A stretch of 20,000 bases of DNA. Source: an uncultured virus (IMG/VR IMGVR_UViG_3300007956_000001). Lineage: Duplodnaviria > Heunggongvirae > Uroviricota > Caudoviricetes. Each line of letters opens with the position of its first letter. Position 1 is the stretch's first letter. Below, piece by piece: positions 15,442-20,000 of this stretch. The DNA is taken from IMG/VR virus record IMGVR_UViG_3300007956_000001, positions 56,183 through 76,182 of that record. One strand, written 5' to 3'. Below the pieces are notes generated by a model. The model was not told where the DNA came from and ran no database searches. It saw only the letters and a list, made by a program, of their open reading frames with translations. A program made the translations under genes and the position numbers.

Positions 15442-15466
15442 CACCTAGATATTAATGAGTTAAACT
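15438..15466 (+). promoter_or_regulatory. Sigma70-type promoter
   Basis: TTGACA-17 nt-TAAACT. Confidence 0.6.
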
Positions 15467-15481
15467 CACAAAAAACCTTCT

Positions 15482-15958
15482 ATGGACTATTATCGGATTC
15501 AACCAAATAATACTATATTAGTTCTGAATGCAACATATGAACCAATTAACTTTTGTGATTGGAAAAGGGCAATTGTATTATTAATGAAGGAAAAGGCACA
15601 GTTATTATCAGGAACTGTTATTAGATTAGTAAATTATATTAAAATTCCATATAGACGTATGATGGCACATAAACCATCAAGAACAATGATTTATAAACGT
15701 GATGGTAATAAGTGTCAGTATTGTGGAGCAACAAAAGATTTGACGATTGATCATATACATCCACGTTCTTTGGGTGGGGAAGATACTTGGGAAAATTTAG
15801 TTACTGCATGTTCTAATTGTAATAGTAGAAAGGGAGGAAAACTCCTTACTGAAACAAATATGGTCTTAAAAAAGAAACCATCAGTACCAATGAATAAAAT
15901 AGTTTTGTCACTTAATAAAACAAATAATCCAGAATGGAAAGAATATTGCTATGGATAA
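15482..15958 (+). CDS. HNH endonuclease (McrA-like)
   Basis: LVLNATYEP; RD..CQYCG...TIDHIHPRSLGG..WENLVTACSNCNSRK. Confidence 0.92.
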   Translation: MDYYRIQPNNTILVLNATYEPINFCDWKRAIVLLMKEKAQLLSGTVIRLVNYIKIPYRRMMAHKPSRTMIYKRDGNKCQYCGATKDLTIDHIHPRSLGGEDTWENLVTACSNCNSRKGGKLLTETNMVLKKKPSVPMNKIVLSLNKTNNPEWKEYCYG

Positions 15959-16112
15959 ATTCCGTGATGAGTTTTACACTGTTGAATATGAATTGCTAGG
16001 TAAACCTAAATTTGCAGTATATTTTCAATTAGAATCTGCTCAAGAAGCAATGATGAAAATGATTAAAATGGGAACGGTTGTTAAAGGTATGGAAACTAAA
16101 AGACTTAAATGA
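15951..16112 (+). CDS. 53-aa hypothetical protein not in the ORF track
   Basis: MDKFRDEFYTVEYELLGKPKFAVYF... Confidence 0.6.
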   Translation: MDKFRDEFYTVEYELLGKPKFAVYFQLESAQEAMMKMIKMGTVVKGMETKRLK

Positions 16113-16117
16113 CACTT

Positions 16118-16176
16118 GTGCCACATGTAGAACCGTCTATAACACCTCTCCAAACCCCTGGAGAGGTGTTATACTA
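16118..16176 (+). promoter_or_regulatory. Early-type promoter module, copy 5, with a perfect 15-bp inverted repeat
   Basis: GTGCCACA-N6-ACCGTCTA; TGT-TATACT (-10 at 16170); TATAACACCTCTCCA-aacccc-TGGAGAGGTGTTATA. Confidence 0.7.
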
Positions 16177-16199
16177 TGTTCATAACACAAAGGGCAGAA

Positions 16200-16439
16200 A
16201 TGGATTCCTTTTTTGGTGATGTTCAATCTCAACTCGATAAACTCACTATTGTGAAAAACCCATTTACTTATCGTACACTTCTCAATAAACTTTCTGAATT
16301 GTCTGAAGAACAACTCAATCAAACTGTAACAGTCTATGCTTGTGAGATGGATGAGTTTTATCCTTGTGAGGATATGCTTATCACCGATGAAAGAGAAGAG
16401 GTTTTAGATTGTAATCATGCTTATATCACTCTCTCCTGA
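16200..16439 (+). CDS. Acidic hypothetical protein
   Basis: MDSFFGDV...TYRTLLNKLSELSEEQLNQTVTVY. Confidence 0.7.
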   Translation: MDSFFGDVQSQLDKLTIVKNPFTYRTLLNKLSELSEEQLNQTVTVYACEMDEFYPCEDMLITDEREEVLDCNHAYITLS

Positions 16440-16444
16440 AATAA

Positions 16445-16621
16445 ATGACCGACGAACTTTCTGCTATCATTGACCGATTGCAAAAAGCAATTGAAGTTTG
16501 CCGTAAAGCAGAGCAAATTACTGAGTATGATGCTTATCCATATGCTGCTGGATATTCCAGAGCAATTATGATGGATACCATCGAAGATCTCAAAATACTC
16601 ATCTACACTCAATCACAATGA
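16445..16621 (+). CDS. 58-aa hypothetical protein not in the ORF track
   Basis: MTDELSAIIDRLQKAIEVC...YPYAAGYSRA; ATGA coupling to the next ORF. Confidence 0.7.
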   Translation: MTDELSAIIDRLQKAIEVCRKAEQITEYDAYPYAAGYSRAIMMDTIEDLKILIYTQSQ

Positions 16622-16848
16622 TCATTCTTACATCAGAACAGCATGGATGTGCCTATTCTATTGATAGTGAGGGAACTCTATTCTATACATCAATGATGGA
16701 AGGGGGAGAGATAGAAACAGAAGATTGGTGTGAAGTTGATTTCATGAGTATGTTTGGAGAAGAAGAATACCTTCGTTTTGAAGTTGATGATATTCATGAT
16801 AAACTTATTTCTATGATGAAATCTATTGGAGAGTATTACCAATGCTGA
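16618..16848 (+). CDS. Acidic hypothetical protein
   Basis: 76-aa coupled ORF. Confidence 0.75.
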   Translation: MIILTSEQHGCAYSIDSEGTLFYTSMMEGGEIETEDWCEVDFMSMFGEEEYLRFEVDDIHDKLISMMKSIGEYYQC

Positions 16849-17120
16849 AAGCATTTCTTTTTACAGAAAGTGAGATGGATGCAATTTATGAATTTGTTTT
16901 CATTGCACATGATGTAGCAACAACTAAAGAAGAAAAGGATAGTCTCCAAATGATTCTTGATTCTATCGATAACCAATCTAATTACACACCAAGTTTGATG
17001 AAAGAGTTTGCAATTAGTACTCCAAATCATGATAAAACTGATTTTGTTTATGCAGATTCTGAAGATAAAGCAATTCTTAAGTGGGCAGATGAAGTTGGTC
17101 TCACTGCGACTCGTGTTTAG
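16842..17120 (+). CDS. Hypothetical protein
   Basis: 92-aa coupled ORF. Confidence 0.7.
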   Translation: MLKAFLFTESEMDAIYEFVFIAHDVATTKEEKDSLQMILDSIDNQSNYTPSLMKEFAISTPNHDKTDFVYADSEDKAILKWADEVGLTATRV

Positions 17121-17125
17121 ACTAG

Positions 17126-17185
17126 GTGACAGTTTACTAACTGACCACAAAACCCCCCACGGGGTCGGTTTTCGTGTATATTAGA
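17126..17185 (+). promoter_or_regulatory. Early-type promoter module, copy 6
   Basis: GTGACAGT-N6-ACTGACCA; GTG-TATATT (-10 at 17177). Confidence 0.7.
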
Positions 17186-17209
17186 AGAGTCAAAGGAACA
17201 CAACCAACA

Positions 17210-17389
17210 ATGAACAACCTCGCACCCAATCCACAACTTGACATGTTAACAGCACGAGAGCAGTTAATGGAGGACATTGATTGTATTATAACATCACAAT
17301 ATTTGGATGATAAAATTGATGAAGATGATTTTGAAGATATAATTCGTGTCCTATGTGATGCCGTTGTGAAGAACTTCCCCTCTAACTAA
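17210..17389 (+). CDS. Acidic hypothetical protein
   Basis: MNNLAPNP...REQLMEDIDCI...LCDAVVKNFP. Confidence 0.75.
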   Translation: MNNLAPNPQLDMLTAREQLMEDIDCIITSQYLDDKIDEDDFEDIIRVLCDAVVKNFPSN

Positions 17390-17408
17390 CACTCAATCAT
17401 AAGCACAA

Positions 17409-17699
17409 ATGAACTACACTCTCAAAGAACTCCAGCAACGTGTCAATCAAATGATTGAACAACAGGGTGAAGATGCACATTGTGCCGCATGGATTTATAC
17501 CAAGAATGATTGTCACTTAAAGGATGAAGATGGTGAGATTGATTACAATAACAACGTAGAAGATCCTGAGGTTCTTGCACGTATCTTTGATGATGTGGGC
17601 AACATCGATTACATTTATCAGGTGATTCAAGAGTGTGTGGATGAGGTTACAGAGGAGCAATTGATGTTACAACAGCAGGAATTAGTGGAGGTAGAATGA
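17409..17699 (+). CDS. Acidic hypothetical protein
   Basis: MNYTLKELQQRVNQMIEQQGEDAHCAAWIYT... Confidence 0.8.
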   Translation: MNYTLKELQQRVNQMIEQQGEDAHCAAWIYTKNDCHLKDEDGEIDYNNNVEDPEVLARIFDDVGNIDYIYQVIQECVDEVTEEQLMLQQQELVEVE

Positions 17700-17824
17700 A
17701 ATTCACTCAGTATTTTCTAAGCAGCATTTTCATTGTTGTTGCACTTACAGGTTACTTACTCTTTTTATCACAGAGAGACACCAAAATGATGAACTATTAC
17801 GACTCAACTATTGAACGTAGGTAA
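17696..17824 (+). CDS. 42-aa single-TM small protein not in the ORF track
   Basis: MKFTQYFLSSIFIVVALTGYLLFLSQRDTKMMNYYDSTIERR; ATGA coupling. Confidence 0.65.
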   Translation: MKFTQYFLSSIFIVVALTGYLLFLSQRDTKMMNYYDSTIERR

Positions 17825-17828
17825 GTGT

Positions 17829-17898
17829 GTGACACTTTATAAGGTGTCCATTATATCCCCCAAACCAACCCTGGGGGTGCTATGATTACGAAGTAACC
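17829..17898 (+). promoter_or_regulatory. Early-type promoter module, copy 7
   Basis: GTGACACT-N6-GGTGTCCA; TGC-TATGAT (-10 at 17881); GATTAC-gaa-GTAACC. Confidence 0.7.
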
Positions 17899-17910
17899 AA
17901 TCAAAAGTAC

Positions 17911-18279
17911 ATGCCCACCGAATTTGTTGATTTCCAAGCACAGCAAGATGCACGGAATACAATTCAACTTAATGTTCGTAAATGGACTTTGATGTTGTGT
18001 GATGCACTAATTGATAACTTTAAGTCTAGTCATCCTAACTCTGATTCTTACAAGTTCTACATTGAATCTGGTCGTAAGTATCACAAGATTATCATGGAGA
18101 CTGGTACTGGTTCTCGTAGTGTTCATGCTTTTGTTGATAAAAAGACTGGTGAGGTTTACAAAGCAGCATCATTCAAAGCACCTGCTAAAGGTGTACGTTT
18201 CAACATGAACATCATAAGTGAACGTGAATGGTTGTTTGGCAATGCTGATTGGTCCGGTTCTTATCTGTATAAAAAGTGA
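17911..18279 (+). CDS. Conserved phage hypothetical protein
   Basis: GRKYHKI...SVHAFVDKKTGEVYKAASFKAPAKGVRFN pattern common in phages. Confidence 0.85.
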   Translation: MPTEFVDFQAQQDARNTIQLNVRKWTLMLCDALIDNFKSSHPNSDSYKFYIESGRKYHKIIMETGTGSRSVHAFVDKKTGEVYKAASFKAPAKGVRFNMNIISEREWLFGNADWSGSYLYKK

Positions 18280-18434
18280 TTGTAAATTTATCAAAAAATG
18301 AAATAAAGCATCTTGTTTACCTTATGGGTAAAGGAGATATTGATTTTTTCTCTGATGAACTAAATGAAAAGTTACTGAAGAAACTGGCACCATTGATTGA
18401 AATTTGTACTTGCAAAGAAAATGATGAAAGTTAA
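18276..18434 (+). CDS. 52-aa hypothetical protein not in the ORF track
   Basis: GTGA-coupled start, MIVNLSKNEIKHLVYLMG... Confidence 0.55.
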   Translation: MIVNLSKNEIKHLVYLMGKGDIDFFSDELNEKLLKKLAPLIEICTCKENDES

Positions 18435-18651
18435 ATCAATTCATCCAGATATTCCCGCAAGAGTTCTAGGGAGTATTTTGGTTGTTTCTGCATATTTTGT
18501 TATTCTCCATGTAAACATTATGGCAGGAGGCGTAATGAATTTAATTGCAGATTGTATTTCAATTCCTTACTTTATTCGCACAAAGTCTTGGGATGTTGTT
18601 ATCATGTTAGTATTCTTACTCGCAATTTCCTCTTCTAAATTATTTTCATGA
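18421..18651 (+). CDS. Small membrane protein
   Basis: Two to three hydrophobic segments. Confidence 0.7.
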   Translation: MMKVKSIHPDIPARVLGSILVVSAYFVILHVNIMAGGVMNLIADCISIPYFIRTKSWDVVIMLVFLLAISSSKLFS

Positions 18652-18935
18652 AAAAGTATGTACCTGAGGTTGATGATTATGTAATCTGGAAAGAGTTCAG
18701 TGGTTGGGTATATTTTGTCGATGATTTATACATTACAATAGAGACAGGTATTAAACCAAAACCTAATTGTGAGTATACGAAGAATGAGAAGCATAAGTAT
18801 ATTCATACATTGTTATTATGTCATCCACAATATTGGAAAGATCTAGAGTATGTTCATACAAGAAAGAATAAGTATGGTAAAACATTAGAAGAGATGGATA
18901 CATATAATCGGTTTGACAATGTTGATGTAGATTAG
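18648..18935 (+). CDS. Hypothetical protein
   Basis: MKKYVPEVDDYVIW...GWVYF...YITIE; ATGA coupling. Confidence 0.8.
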   Translation: MKKYVPEVDDYVIWKEFSGWVYFVDDLYITIETGIKPKPNCEYTKNEKHKYIHTLLLCHPQYWKDLEYVHTRKNKYGKTLEEMDTYNRFDNVDVD

Positions 18936-18996
18936 ATTTGTAAATTCATATTATCATCTATCCCTACATAGTCCTACATAGTGCAAATTGAATGTT

Positions 18997-19686
18997 ATGA
19001 TAAAAATTATTGATAGACTTGCAACAATAATCAGAACACATCAAAAAAATCTTCCTAATGTTGCACCGTTGGAAGTAGATGAGGGATTTGATGCTGTTTA
19101 TAGGGAAACTGAAGATGGAAATTTGAATATAGATAATGAAATGTATTCATGCACAGGGTTACGAAAAGTTCATTTAGAACTTGCAACACTGGGACCATTG
19201 GATATTCTTCATTGTATTTGGTATCCCGAACCAGAATATGATTTACCTATTTTTGGTGCAGATATTGTTGCAAATAAGAATATAGTTAGTGCTGCTATTA
19301 CTGACCTATCACCTGTTGATGGTATTAACTCATCTGTTTATGATGAAATTGCGGCAATTAGTAATGTTTATAACTTTACTAATGTAAGGAAAACTCCTGC
19401 TTGGGGTGATATATTTTCTCCATATTGTAAGTTTGCTAGGTTAGAAACAGAAGATGAACGAGACATATTTTGTAGTATAGTTGATGAATATCTGGATAAA
19501 TTTACTAAGGTTGTTCATAATACAAAACCAAGTTTAGATAGAAAACAGCAGAGACGAGATGGGCAAATAAATTATTGCTCACAGCAAAAGATGAATGATA
19601 AAACTAGACGTATTCTTGCCAAATACTTCGGTGATGATTGGGCAGACTTTTACATTAACCAAATCCTTTTTGACCTTCCACAATGA
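18997..19686 (+). CDS. pcyA: Phycocyanobilin:ferredoxin oxidoreductase
   Basis: RKVHLE, LDILHC, LPIFGADIV, AAITDLSP, PAWGDIFS, YCSQQKMNDKTRRIL. Residues equivalent to PcyA His74, Glu76, His88 and Asp105 are present. Confidence 0.93.
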   Translation: MIKIIDRLATIIRTHQKNLPNVAPLEVDEGFDAVYRETEDGNLNIDNEMYSCTGLRKVHLELATLGPLDILHCIWYPEPEYDLPIFGADIVANKNIVSAAITDLSPVDGINSSVYDEIAAISNVYNFTNVRKTPAWGDIFSPYCKFARLETEDERDIFCSIVDEYLDKFTKVVHNTKPSLDRKQQRRDGQINYCSQQKMNDKTRRILAKYFGDDWADFYINQILFDLPQ

Positions 19687-19820
19687 TGCACGAATCCACT
19701 CTTGACCTATTCTGCGAATATGCAGATGAAATTATGGCAGACGAATATGCAAAAGAAATTGAACTAAAAGCAGCAGAACTAGAAGTTACTGTTGATTACT
19801 ATATGTCGGAGTTTATGTGA
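19683..19820 (+). CDS. 45-aa acidic protein not in the ORF track
   Basis: MMHESTLDLFCEY...AAELEVTVDYYMSEFM; ATGA coupling. Confidence 0.65.
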   Translation: MMHESTLDLFCEYADEIMADEYAKEIELKAAELEVTVDYYMSEFM

Positions 19821-19821
19821 T

Positions 19822-20000
19822 ATGCATGATTGGGTATTTCAGGTAAAAACAGATAGTGGTCTCTATAAAAATGTTAGAGTTAATGACTATGGAAATTACG
19901 GTGATGCTCAACGTGCTGCATTAGATATAACTGGTGCAGTAATGGTAACTGGATACAATCAAGTTCCCAGAGAAAGTGAAGTAAATACGGTTGTTAATAA
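19822..20000 (+). CDS. 3'-truncated hypothetical protein
   Basis: MHDWVFQVKTDSGLYKNVRV... open to the window end. Confidence 0.6.
   Translation, partial: MHDWVFQVKTDSGLYKNVRVNDYGNYGDAQRAALDITGAVMVTGYNQVPRESEVNTVVN

Noticed and set aside
15482..15958. HNH gene as an intron-encoded homing endonuclease
   Set aside because: Free-standing with its own promoter; no split host gene or group I intron elements seen
1292..17150. All other minus-strand ORFs in the track
   Set aside because: They overlap well-supported plus-strand genes, lack motifs, and the window is uniformly plus-strand
2970..17898. Repeated palindromes as a CRISPR array or integron attC sites
   Set aside because: Dispersed, degenerate and at fixed distance from -10 elements; no regular spacers, cas genes or integrase
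18011..18208. Alternative-frame plus-strand 65-aa ORF
   Set aside because: Fully nested in the conserved 17911-18279 gene with a TTG start and no RBS
18963..18982. 10-bp tandem duplication CCTACATAGT upstream of pcyA
   Set aside because: Only two copies with no further support for function

Overview
AT-rich, all-plus-strand segment that reads as a T4-like marine cyanophage (cyanomyovirus) genome. The assignment is inferred from TATAAATA late promoters, T4-style internal-protein motifs, multiple 2OG-Fe(II) oxygenases, a Dam-type methylase, pcyA and a cyanobacterial-type tmRNA tag. It contains probable virion-internal proteins, 10 tRNA genes, a structured manA-like RNA, a nuclease-like gene followed by a DNA adenine methylase, an oxygenase/GT25 cluster, an HNH endonuclease, many small early ORFs and pcyA. 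The standout signal is a circularly permuted (two-piece) tmRNA gene at about 8209-8545 whose intervening segment is almost entirely a complete tRNA-Tyr gene. Also notable are a seven-copy palindrome plus extended -10 promoter module with fixed spacing, and a GT25 fused to two oxygenase domains that have lost iron ligands. All calls come from reading the sequence by eye; no searches were run.
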